Both the position numbers and the translations under genes were made by a program. The notes under the pieces were generated by a model. The model saw nothing but the letters and a program-made list of their open reading frames with translations. It was not told the DNA's origin and ran no database searches. DNA of 35,710 bases, taken from contig MU053379.1 in the NCBI GenBank assembly GCA_013239625.1, positions 5,578,659 to 5,614,368 of the forward strand, in the 5' to 3' direction. The stretch comes from Lama guanicoe (lineage: Eukaryota). Shown here one piece after another: positions 23,795 through 35,710 of this stretch (position 1 is the first letter of the stretch; every line of letters begins with the position of its first letter).

Positions 23795-25019
23795 TAATTA
23801 CAGTGCCCTGAAGTTGAAATGTGACTCTCTAATTTACATGTGATGGCGTGACTTAGATACATGGCTGTTAGGAGAGCACCTGCCAGTGAATGAAACTCCT
23901 TTTTATAAAATGCAATGAGACTTGAGGCATAAATTCTGTGATGCTTTATAATGAAACATAACTGATGTTTTAGCTTGATTTTAATTGTATGTAAGTGACT
24001 GAAGAACCACAAACAAAAAGAGGTTTAGTCTTATTTACCATTGGCCTCTTCATGTTAAATCTATGCGTCTTTCAGTCCATTTACACACATTTGCATTTTA
24101 TGTAACGTGGCTTGTGTATAATCACTGTTCCTCCCAGCCTCACCTTGGATTATAGTTCTAGAACCTATTTTAGACCCTAAATTTGAACAGAGCCATTTGT
24201 GCTCAGAGCTGGAAGTCTGCTGTCTCCTGCTGTCCTGATGTCTTATGACAGATGGTCCCTTGTGTGGCATTATTTCTACACAGATTGCATCAACTTGGAA
24301 AACACCTGTGGTTCATTTTATCTGGAGATGGAGGAATATTCTGTCTCCCCAGCATTGTGTGTGCCACATAAGGGGTCACTGCTTTCTTTGGGCTAAACTG
24401 ATAACATGCCCCGTAAGAATTTCTGAGCACGAAGACACCTGGAAACCGATGTGGCCTCTGCTGCCCCTTTATCTCTGTTTCAGACAATGATACACAGTAC
24501 TCATCTAGTATTACATGGGTCTCCACCCCTTACTTGTAGCTTCATAAATCTGATGGGGACGTGAAGTTTCTTTTTTTTCCCATGTGACTGAGCCAGTCTG
24601 AGTCCCTGACTTTTAGGAGGAGAATAAGATTATTTCTTGCAACCTGATACTCTTTTAAAAGAGGAAGTTACACCTGACCTCTTTGAGGTATGTCTAATGG
24701 GCAGCTTCCTTTTCGATTTTTAGCAACAACTTTAAAGAGTAACTGTTAACAACTTACAAAGAGTGAGTTTGCACAGGCTCTGGAAGCATTTTCTGCCCCA
24801 GTTGTGATCATGTGGAATTTTTCTTTGAGAAATATGTACAGAGACCCTGCTGTGATTTACTGGAAAATCATTATTACCACAATAATTTATTCCCATCTTT
24901 TTCCCCAAAAGAGGGAAAATCATATTTGCATTGGGCTTATGAACGGTTTTCTGGAAGACCCATTTATCAAAAGTTTTTATTTAGAGAAAATTGTGGGTTC
25001 ATATGGTATTAAGAGAAAT

Positions 25020-26790
25020 AATAAACCTATGCATGTGTGGTCAGTTAATTTACAACAAAGGAGGCCAGAATATGCAATATGAAGGGACAGTCTCTTCAGT
25101 AAATGGTGTTGGGAAAACTGGACAGCCACAGGCAAAAGAATAAGACTGACCGTTATCCTACATACAAAGTAACTTAGAGTGAATTAAAGATGTGAACATA
25201 AGACCTGAAATCTTAAAACTCCTAGAGGAAAACTAAGGGTAAGTCTCCTTGACACAGGTTTTGTTAATGATTTATTGAATCTGACAAAAGCAAAAGCAAC
25301 AAAAGTAAAATCAACGAAAGGGATGACATCAAACTAAAAAGCTTCTGCACAACAAAGGAAACCGTCAGAACGAAAAGGCGGCCTGCAGAATGGGAGATGC
25401 TTGCAGACCGTGCATCTGCTCTGGGGTGAATGACCAAAATAAAGAACTCATACAACTCAATCCCCCAAACCCCCAAATACTCAACTGAAAAATGGGCAGA
25501 GGATCTGAATAGAAATTTTCTCAAAAGACATACAAATGGCCAAAAAAAAAAAAAAAAAAACCCACGAAAAGATGCTTAGCATTGCTAATCATCAGGGAAA
25601 TGCAAATCTAAACCACAGTGAGACATCATCTCACACCAGCCAGAGGGGCCGTCCATGGAAGACAAGAGGTAGCAAGTGCTGGTGAGGGTGTGGAGGAAAG
25701 GGAGCCCTCGTGCAGTGTTAGCTGGAATGTAAATTGGTGCAGCCCCTGTGGAAAATAGTATGTCGATTCCTCCAAAAATTAAAAATAAAGTGACTATGTG
25801 ACCCACTTGAGGGTTTTTATCTGAAGGAAATGGCAACACTAACTTGGAAAAATATCTGCACCTCCATGTTCACCGCAGCATCATTTACAGCAGCCAAGAC
25901 AAAACAACCAGTGTTTCCTGAGGGACGAATAGATAAGATGTTGCCAACAGCCAAGACGCAGATCAACCAGTGTCCACTGATGGATGAATAGATAAAATGT
26001 TACGTACATATGTAAAATTCAGCCATAAAAAAGAATGAAGTTTTGCCATTAGTGACAACGTGGATGGACCTTGAAGGCATTATGCTAAGTGAAATAAATC
26101 AGATAAAGACGAAAGACCATATTGAGCTCATGTAGAATCTAAACAAACAAAAAATGAACTCATACAGAGAAGAGATTGGTAGTTACCATAGGCAGGAGGT
26201 AGGGGGTGGACAAAAACAGGTGAAGTGGGTCAAAAGGTACAAACTTTCAGTTCTAAATAAGTCTTGTGATGTAATGTACAGCATGGTGACTATAGTAAAT
26301 AATACTGTGTTATACACACTTGTCCCTTGGAATCTCCAGGGGGTTGGTTCCAGGACCCTCTGCAGACACCAGAATCCACGGATGCCCAAGTCCCAGAGTG
26401 GGCTGTCTGTTTCCAGGGATCCTGCATCTGCAGATCCAGCCAAGTGCAGGGAGTAAGCAGAGCACATGTACCCTGGTTGGTTGAATCTGTGGATTTAGCA
26501 CCTGAGGATTTGGAGGAACGACTGTATATTTATCAAAAAAAAATCCAAGTATAAGTGGACCTGTGCAGTTCAAACCCGTGTTGTTCAAGGGTCAGCTGTA
26601 TTTGAAAGTTTCTGAGAGAGTAAATATTAAAATATTGCAGGAAAATAAAATTGTAACTGTGTGGTGGTGGATGCTAACTAGACAACATGATGATCATTTC
26701 ACAACATAAACTTACAGTGAATCATCATATTGTGGACCTGGCACTCATGTTCTATGTAAGTTATGTGTCCATTACAAGAGATAATTCAAA
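25020..26790 (+). mobile_element. L1 3' portion (ORF2 end + 3'UTR), interrupted by a DNA transposon
   Basis: aaatggtgttgggaaaactgg, aactaaaaagcttctgcaca, tggatggaccttgaaggcattatgctaagtgaaataa motifs. Confidence 0.88.
26317..26598. mobile_element. MER8/MER2-like Tigger-family MITE
   Basis: Termini cacttgtccct... and ...gttgttcaagggtcagctg followed by TA; the host L1 resumes after it. Confidence 0.8.
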
Positions 26791-26799
26791 AATAACATA

Positions 26800-28420
26800 G
26801 GGAGACCTATGAGGCCTTTCCCCAGTCTCCTAAATGGTAGGTGCTTGCATATAGTGCAGTATCAGAACCAGGAAGTCGATAGAAATGGAGTCTGTTGCTC
26901 AGATTTCATCAGTTTCCCATGCTCTCGTTTGTGTGTGAGCATTTAGTTCTGCGCAGTTGTGTTGCACGTGTAGGTTAGTGTACCCACAACCACAGTCAAG
27001 ACACAGAACCGTCCCATTGCACAAAGAACCCTCTTCCTGCCCTTTTATAACCACAGTCTCCCCCCACTGTCTTCTGTTCCCCTTTTTCCTTCCCACCGGA
27101 TCTCATACCCACCCCCCTACCCCCTCGTGCTGGGTGCCCAACCCTCCTGTCCCTAACCCCTGGCCGCCACCGGCTGTTCTCTATTTCTGCGATGTTACCA
27201 TTTCAAGACCCATATAAATAGAATCCTACGGTGTGGTTGGCTTTTTTCAGTCAGTGTAACTCCCTCGAGACCAGTCCAAGCTCTTGCATGTTCACACTGC
27301 GCTGTTTTATGACCGAGTCGTGTTCTCCAGTCTGGACGTCCCTCTGTTTGTTACCCCGTTCAGCCCACTGAAGCACTGGGTTGCTTCCAGGTTTGAGCTG
27401 TTAGAAATAAGCTGTTAATATTCATGCTTACTCTGTTTCTTTTTCTTCTGTTTCTCTTTTCTTGCCTTCCTGTGAATTACCTGAAAATGTTTGGATTCCA
27501 TGTTGACTTATTGATACACCACTTTGTACCGTTTTCTTAGCAGTTGCAACATACATTGTAACTTACTACCGTCTGCAGGTGGCGAGGTCTTACCCGCACT
27601 GTTACTCAGGCCCCTTTACCCTTCCCACTTTCTAGATGGAATCTTTGTAAGTGTTTTCTCAACATACATTGAGCACCGCATCAGGTGATGTTAACATTTT
27701 TACTTCAACCATTAAGTATGATTTAATAAGCTCATGGGAAGAACATTCCGTTTGCCCCTATTTTTGCTCATTCTGAGTGTCTCTTTCCCTCTCTGAAGGC
27801 CACACTTTCCCTCGTGAGCCTTTCCTTTCAGCTAGAGAATGTCCTTTTCCTGTTCTTGGAGGGTCGGTTTGCTGGTGGCCCATTCCGGTCATTCTCCTTC
27901 GACAGACAGGTTTTATTTCCTCTTCCATCCCAAGGAATATTTTCACTGGGTGTAGAATTCATGATTCATGGGTTTTTAGAAATTTCAGTTGTAGAAAAAC
28001 ATGGTGCCACTTCTTCCGGCCACCGTGGCTTCTGATGAGATGGCCCCTGGCACCTGCACGGGGGGCACTGTGGGCTGTGGGCAGTTTCTGCTTTCAAGAC
28101 TTTGTAGTTTTCAGAAGTTTAATTACGATGTTTTCTTTGCCTGATTTTTCTTTTTCTTACTTGGGGCTCTTTTAGCTTTTTCACTCTGGGGGTTCATGTT
28201 GCTTAATCTGGGACATTTTCAGCCATTATTTCTTTACATATCTCTTGAGCCCCATCCTTTCTCCTCTCCTTCTGTGACTCCAGCGGAATGAGTGTCGGCT
28301 TTTGTGGGTGGCCTCACAGGTCCCTGACACTTTGTTCATTTCTTTCTCAGTCTCCTTTCTCTCTGTTACTCAGGTTGGTGAGCGCTGTTGACCTGTCCTC
28401 AAGGTCACACATGCACACAC
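26800..28420 (-). mobile_element. Old L1M fragments
   Basis: Degenerate 3'UTR-like and ORF1-like motifs (ttttcagccattatttctt; attttcactgggtgtagaattc); boundaries approximate. Confidence 0.6.
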
Positions 28421-29859
28421 TCTCTCTCTCTCCCTCCCTCCCTTTGCAGCCTGCTCTGGAGATGCTCCCTCGGGTCTCCTGTTCTCCATTTCATCCCATA
28501 ATAAAGCCCTGAAACTAGTATGGCAGTTTCTTTGATGGAAAAATGTTGGCAGCTGTGAAGACCAAGGTGAGAAACTAGACTGGGTGACTTTAACCACTTG
28601 TGGCTCAAAGGTTCTGGGGAAAAAACATGGAGACATGAAACATTTATTATAGGAATCTAGCAAAATAAACCACAGTGCCAGCTGAAGGTGCCATTTGTTA
28701 AACTGAGTTTTATTTCAGCCTCAGTGTTGACTAACTGCACATCCAACTAGCACAAAGCTGGCCGGGGCCGGGGAATAAGCAAGCATTCCTCCCTAGGGGC
28801 TAGGTGTCTACTCAGAGCTGTGTCCAGACAGCAGTCACTGCAGCCCCAGAGCCGCTTTCCTTGGTTGCCAGGACCACATCCAGCTGCAGTGGGTACAGGA
28901 AAGCCTTGTTTTCATGTCCAGCATCAACGAGGCTGTGTGGGACAGGCACGATCGATCCGTCTGTTAATATAAGGTTAGACTTGGTTTCATCTTGGCACAC
29001 CCACATAAGTAACAAGAGCTAATTTGGTTTTACATCATATATGCTGATGAGACATCACTTCCCCTAATAAGTGCAGAACTGAGGAGGGACTTTGACCACT
29101 TGTGACATCTGCACAGGTGACAGGCTGAGCCTTTGTTCAGCAGGAGGACATAAAACAGGATCAAGAAAGAATATGGAGAGAAGCAGAAACCAGCTTTCCG
29201 AAAATTCTCCAGCCATGGAGGTCTCACGCACCTGGCAGGAGACTGCCTGACCTGGGCACACGTGGCCGTGGGGACCAGGGTGGCAAGTCAACGAGGAGAA
29301 GCTTTCTCTTGTCCCAGGTTCACGTGAAAACTACAGAATCCGACTTTCCCCAACATGTCCAAATCTTCCATCCTTTTAATTAAAAATCCAGGACAGAGCA
29401 GCCCTGTGCCTCCTGGCTCTTTCTTCCTGCAGCAGAAAGCCCCGTACATCTCAGAAACGGGAAGAGACACATGGAGGGGGGCGGGGTGACGTGACAGTGA
29501 GTTCTCCAGGTCTCCTCACTGCCTCCCGTACATCCAAGAGGTGGGGGCCCCACCACCCCTGTGCTTCCCCCCATGTCCTGGGGCCACCCTGCCACCCCTC
29601 CCCCCACCTTGGCACCAGAGAGCGAGCGAGGCAGCATGGGTCACCCTCAGCTGTCCCTCCTTCCTCTGTGGTCCAGCATCAGCCCAGCTTCGGGGCCGTG
29701 GTGTCTGCTTTCTGTCTATGTGCTATACCGTTAGTGATCTGGCCAAACTGAGCGAGTGGACAGTGTCCTCCAACACAGTTTGCATTTTCCTCATTGCAAG
29801 ACCAACCGTTTGGCCCCGAATCTCCCTCCTTTTTATCTAAATGCTTTAAAAACCACATG

Positions 29860-31260
29860 GAATAGCGCCTTCTGTGTGTAGCTTCCCTACTGGATGGTCT
29901 TTTCCCTTTGGGGACCTACTAGAAAGGGAAACACAGAAGTGCCCATCAGATGCTGTTCTCCACAGCATCTGCTCCGATTTACAGTCCCTCCAGCAGTGCA
30001 TGAGGGCCCCCTTTCCCCCACACCCTCGCCAACACTTAACGGTTTCTTGTCTTGTTGATGACAGCTGTTCTGACAGGTGTGAAGTGGGATCTTACAGTGG
30101 TTTTGAATTTTATTTTCCTGATGTTCAGTGGCATTGAGCATCTTTTCATGTGCTGGTCAGCCTTATGCATGTCTTTGGGAAAATGCCTGCTCACTTACTC
30201 TGCCTATTTTCTAATCAGATTGTTTGTTCTTTTCGTATCAAGTTGTGTGAGTTTTTAAAAGTATTTTGGATATTAGCCCCTTATTGGATATATCATTTGC
30301 AAATACAGGCATAACTCTGAGCTGTTGCAGGTTTGGTTCCAGACCAATGCAATAAATGAATATCATCATAAAGCAAGTCACACACTTTTCTGGCTTCCCA
30401 ATGCATATAGAAGTTGCATTTACACTGTACTGTGGTCTGCTAAGTGTGAAATAACATTACGTCTTAAAAAAACAATGTGCACACCTTAACTTAAAATATT
30501 TTATTGCTAAAAAATGCTAACCAGCACCTGAGCCTGCAGTGAGCCATACTCTCTGTTAGTGGAGGAGTTGAAATTCTGTGAGAATTAAGAAAGTGTGAGA
30601 CAAAGACATAAAATGAGCAAATTCTGTCAGAAAAGTGGCATATGCAGACTAGCCTGATGCAGAGCTGCCAGAAACGTTCAGTGTGTAGCAGCCCAAGATC
30701 AGCAAAGATCAGCAACAAGACACGGTCAGCCCATGTGCTCTCCGTCCAGCAGATGGCCCTGCCTGCCGTGTCGTGGCTCTTTTGGTGAAGTCTCATTTGC
30801 TTCTTTTTGCTTTTGTTTCCCTTGCCTGAGGGACAGACCCAAAGTAAATGTCACCAAGACTGAACAAAGGGTGTGCTGCCTGGGTTTCTCTTCCAGGAGT
30901 GTTACGGTCTCGGGTCCTACATGTAAGTCTTTAATCCACTGTGAATTTATTTCTGTATTTGGTGTGGAAGAGTGGCCCGGTTTCACTCTTTTGTATGAGG
31001 CTGTCCCATTTTCCCAGCACCAGTATTTCTTCCTTTTTTTCCCGCAGAAATGAATTTAACTTCAATTTTATTTTTAACATGTACATACATATATTTATTT
31101 TCATATTCTTTTTCATTAAATATTATTACAAGACATCAAATACAGTTCCCTGTGCTGTACAGAAGCAGCTTGTTTTTTTAATCTATCTTAATATGGAGTA
31201 TTTAATATTTGCAAATCTCAAACATGTATATTGAAGAGACTGCCTTTCCCCACTTGAACA
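29860..31260 (-). mobile_element. L1 ORF2 3' fragment with nested Tigger1 piece and nested short L1 3' end (~31030-31228)
   Basis: Minus-strand remnant INSQWIKDLHVGPETVTLLEEK; host sequence resumes after each insert. Confidence 0.75.
30306..30733. mobile_element. Internally deleted Tigger1-like DNA transposon
   Basis: TA|caggcataactc...ggttccagacc..gcaataaa terminus and opposite-end motifs, from recall. Confidence 0.75.
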
Positions 31261-34200
31261 TTTTAAAGTGAACAGTTCAGTGACATTTGTTGCATTCATA
31301 AAGCAGAACCACCCCCCTCTATCTGGTTATTAAACATTTTCATTAGCCCACTGAAGTCTGAGCCCCGTCTCTCCCCTCATCCGCTGTCTCTGTCTGTTCT
31401 CCATCTTGCAGGTTTATCTAGTCTGGATATTTAATATCACTGGACAAGGTTCACCCATTTTGTAGCGTCATCAGCATTTGACGCCTTTTTGTAGCTGGAT
31501 TTCACTCTGCTGTTTGTATGTAAACAGTCGGCTTATCCAGGTGATGGGTGTTGGGTTGCTGCTTCTTTTGGTGAACGTGCTTGTACTTGCACTTGTCTGA
31601 GTCCCTGTTTTCAGTTCTTTTGTGTACATACTGATGAGTAGAATTGCTGGCTCATATAGTAACTCTGTTCAACTTTTTTAGAACCACTGAAATATTTTCC
31701 ACAACAACTGAACCATTTTACCTGACCACCAGCAGTGTTCGAGAGTTCTCATTTCTCTGCAGCCCCACCACATCTGTTATTTTCCTTTTTAAAAATTACA
31801 GCCATTCTAGTGGGTGTGAAGTGGTTTTGATTTACATTTCCCTAAACACTAAAGATGTTGGGCGTATTTTCATGTTATGAAAGAGATGTATATATTTTTT
31901 GGAGAAATGTCTATTCAAGTCCTTTATCCGTTTAAAACTTATGTTGTTTTCCTTTTTGTTGTTGAGTTGAAGTTCTTTATATATTCTGGCTACTAGACCC
32001 TTATCAGATATATGACTTGAAATTATCTTCTCCAACTCTGTAAGTTAATTTTTCATTTTCTTGATAATGTCTTTGGTGCACAATTTTTTTTTTTTTTACT
32101 TTTGATGAAATTCAACCTATCTAATTTTTCTTCTGTTACTCATGCTTTTGGTGTCGAATCCAAGAATCCCTTCCTAAGTTCATGGTCGTGAAGCTTTATG
32201 CCTATGTTTTTTTCTAAGAACGTTACCAGTTTTAGCTCCTGTATGTAGATTGTTGATCCGTTTTGATAAATTTTGGCATATGGTGTGAGATAAGGTTCCA
32301 GCTTCATTCATGTGCATCTGAGTATACAGTTGTCCCAGTGCCACTTGTTGAATTCTTCCTAACCTTGCCAAAGCCCAGCTGGCCCTAGGTGTGTGGGTTC
32401 ATTTCGGTTTTCAGTTCTGTACCATTAATCTACATCTCTGTTCTCCTGCCAGTACTACGCTGTTTTGACAACTGTAGCTTGTGAAATGTGCGGGTCTTTC
32501 AACTTTCTTTGTATTCAGTATGTTTTGGCTTTTCAATGTCCTTTGTAATTCCACATGCATTTGAGGATTATTTTTTCCACTTCTGCAAAAAAGGCTGTGA
32601 GAATTTCGATAGAAATTGCGATGAATCTATAGATGACTTTGAGTAGTATTGACATCTTAACGATATTAAGTCTTTCAATCCATAAACACAGGATGTCTTT
32701 CCATTTTGTGGGTCTTCCTTAATTTCTTTCAGCAATATTGTAGTTTTCAGTGTGCATGTCTTTGACCTCCCTTGTTAAATTTATTCCTAGGTATTTTATT
32801 CTTACATGTGCTATTACACCTAGACCCTTCCCCATAACATTCTTTTCAGGAAGTGCCTTGCTTTCGTGTAGAAACTCAACTGATATTTGAGTGTTGATTT
32901 TGTACTCTATAACTTTGCTAACTTTATTAGCTCTGATACTAAGTTATTTTGTGGATTCTTCAGCATTTTCTACCCATGGGAATCACGTCATCTGTGAACA
33001 GAGTTTTACTTTTTCCTTCCCAGTTTGAATGCCTCCTTTTTCTTCTTACCTACTACTAGTAAATATTGAATAGCAGCAGTGAAAGCAGACATCCTTGTTT
33101 TGTTCCTGATTAAGGAAAAAACTTTCAGCCTTTTATCATGGAATTTGATGTTCGCTGTGAGCTTTTCCTAAATGTCCTTTATCATGTTGAGTAAGTTTCC
33201 TTATTTTGCTAGTTTGCTGACTGTCTTTATGAAAGGTGATCTAGTGGCTTTTCCCCTTTATTCTGTTGATATGGTGTGTTATACTGATTGATTTTCTAAT
33301 GTTGAATCATTCCTGGGATAAATCTCACAGGGTCCTAGTGTGTAACCCTTTAAATATATTTTTGGACTCAGTTTGCTGGTATTTTGTTGAGGATTTTTGC
33401 ATCTATATTCGTAAGGGATATTGGCCCGTAGTTTCTTTACCTCTGATTTTTAGTCTGGTATTGGTATTAGGGTAAAGTGGGCCTTATAGAAAGAGTTAGA
33501 AAGCATTTCTTCCTCTTCTATTTTTTGGTAGAGCCTGAAGAAAAATCGGTGCTAATTCCTTTTAAAATGTTTGGTAGAATTCACCAGGGAAGCCAGCCGA
33601 TCGGGTTTTTGTTTGTTGAGATGCTTTTGATAGCTGACTCAATTTATTTACTTAGTATGGGTTTTATTAGGTTTTCTATTTTTCAATCAGTTTTCATAAT
33701 ATGTGTATTTCCCAGAATTTACCCATTTAATCTGAATTATCTGTTCGGTGTAGAGTCAGTTGTTCATAGGATGTTCTTGTCATCCTTTTTATTTCTGTGG
33801 CATCGGTAGAACTGTCTCCATGTTCATGTCCTTTTTCTTTTTTTCTGATCAGATGGAGCTAATTAAGACCTTTGTGTTTACTCAGTATTTGCTTATCATC
33901 ACACAGCCCATGTTCATTTCTGATTTTATTTATTTCCATCTTTTTTCCCCCTTGGTCAGTCTAGCTAAAGATTTGTCAGTTTGCTGATCTTTTCTGAGAT
34001 TCAACTAGTGTTTCACTGATACCATTTTTCCATTCTGTATTTCATTTTCCACCACACTAATCTTTATTATTTCCTTCCTTCTGCCTAGGTTTTAGGTCAC
34101 ACTCTCTCTGGTTCCTTAAGGTGTAAGAGTCAGCTGCTGATTTGAGACCTTCCACCTTTTTCAGATTAGGGAGTAATTGGTATAAATTCGTTCTGAGCAC

Positions 34201-35200
34201 TATTTTTTTCTGTATTCCATAGGTTTTGGTATATTTTGCTTTTACTGTCATTTATCTTTGTTCTCTAATTTTCCTGTGATTTATTTTCTTTGACTCATTG
34301 TTTATGTGTGATTTAGTTACCAAATATTTGTCAGTTTTCCAGTTTTCCTTCTGTAAATGATTTCTAGCTTCATTCCATTGTGGTCTGAAAAGATGTTGTG
34401 TGACTTCTACATTTTTAAATACATTGAAACTTGTTTTGTGCCCTAACTTATGGTCTCTTCTGGAGAAAGTCTGATCTGCTTATAAGAAGAATGTCTATTT
34501 TGCTGATGTTGGGTGTAGCCGCCTGAGTATGTCTGTGAGGTCTAGTTGCTTTATGGTGTTAATTCACTCATTTCCCTACTGATTTTCTGTCTAGATGTTT
34601 TATGTATTATTGAAAGGGGTACTGAAGTCTTCAACTATTATTTTAGAACTGTCACATTCTCCCTTTAGTTCTGCCTCATGTCTGTAGGGGCTCTGCTATT
34701 TGGGGTCTAGATGTGTATTACATCTTCTAGATAAGTGTGAAATCTTCCAAAACCCTTTTATCAGTACATAATGTCTTATTTGTTTCATGGTAACGGTTTG
34801 ACGTATAGTCCATTTTATCTGATACTAGTTGACCCCCCCCCAGCTCTCTTCTGTTTACCGTTTGCATAGAATGGCTTGTTCTGGCCTTTCACTTTCCACC
34901 ATTTTGTGTCTGGCTCTAAAGTGATGCTCTTATAGACAGTAAATGTTGGAGCATGTATTTTATAACCCATTCTCCTAGGCTTTTTCTTTTGATTGGAGAT
35001 TTTAATACAATCAGATTTAAAGTAATTACTGAGAAGGAAGGACCTATTTTTGCCATTTTGGTGTTTGTTTGATATGTCTTATATTTTTCGTGTTTCTCAG
35101 GGACACTAACTAATAATTTCATCTGTCAGTGGGTATACTTTTTCTTTTCATTTCATGCTTCATAAATTTTTGTTGAGCACTGTACACTTTGAATACAATA
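31260..35200 (-). mobile_element. Long degenerate L1 (3'UTR through ORF2)
   Basis: Continuous T-rich L1 antisense signature; remnant peptides (EKIISSHISDKGLVARIYKELQ; SVITLNLIVLKSPIKRK). Confidence 0.85.
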
Positions 35201-35392
35201 AAATGATAATTCTGGAATTTTCTCCATCTCAGGGTTGATGTTTTTAGAGTCTACTCTGGTATTTTTTGTTTAGTGACTTTTCTGAAATATTTTAATGAAA
35301 TGTCTGTATATTCTTCCTCATGTGTGGCCTATGAAGTCGTTGTTGTTTAGACTGGGTTGAGCTAGTGTTTCAACAGGGATTTCTTAGACAAC

Positions 35393-35473
35393 AAAGAGAG
35401 ATAAGAAGTAGAGAGAGAAGAGGGAAGGAGGAGGGGAGTGAGGAGGAAGAAGAGGATGAAGGAGGAGGAAAAG
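35393..35473. repeat. Purine-rich (GA/GGA) low-complexity tract
   Basis: Directly visible. Confidence 0.8.
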
Positions 35474-35524
35474 GCTCCTCTCACCCTTATAGAACAACTC
35501 TGGGTCAGGGTCCGAAGTCAGTGA

Positions 35525-35710
35525 TAAGGGTTAGGGGTTAGGGTTCGGGTTAGGGGTTCGGGTTAGGGTTCGGGTTAGGGGTTAGGGTTCGGGTTTAGGG
35601 TTGGGGTTCGGGTTAGGGTTCGGGTTAGGGTCGGGGTTCGGGTTGGGGTTGGGGTTAGGGTTGGGGTTCGGGTTCGGGTTCGGGTTCGGGTTCGGGTTAG
35701 GGTTCGGGTT
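35525..35710 (+). repeat. Telomeric/variant repeat array (TTAGGG, TTCGGG, TTGGGG, TTAGGGG)
   Basis: About 30 units running to the window end, with the G-rich strand pointing 5'->3' outward. Confidence 0.95.

Noticed and set aside
1..35710. CRISPR array or prokaryote-like novel system
   Set aside because: The sequence is clearly mammalian; no repeat-spacer structure or operon-like gene cluster seen.

Overview
Mammalian genomic DNA, probably camelid judging by two tRNA-derived SINEs that resemble the camelid Vic type. The + strand carries the last 12 coding exons (3580-23417) of a DDX60-family antiviral Ski2-like DExD/H RNA helicase. Visible splice sites are GT-AG, exon phases join consistently and helicase motifs V/VI are intact. 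One exon is partly hidden in a 189-N gap and shows an apparent 1-nt frameshift at the gap edge. An intron holds an antisense 2.8-kb L1-derived element with a 15-bp TSD. It keeps the 5'UTR and ORF1 but has lost nearly all of ORF2 at a splice-like junction (HAL1-like). Downstream of the gene come about 12 kb of mostly old L1 and Tigger relics, then an abrupt telomere-type array rich in TTCGGG that runs to the window end, so the gene appears subtelomeric. I see no convincing novel protein-coding system. The most interesting signals are the ORF2-less L1 derivative, the telomere context, the possible frameshift, an exact 401-bp duplication and GC-biased decay of repeats. Family names and human comparisons come from recall, not from a database search.
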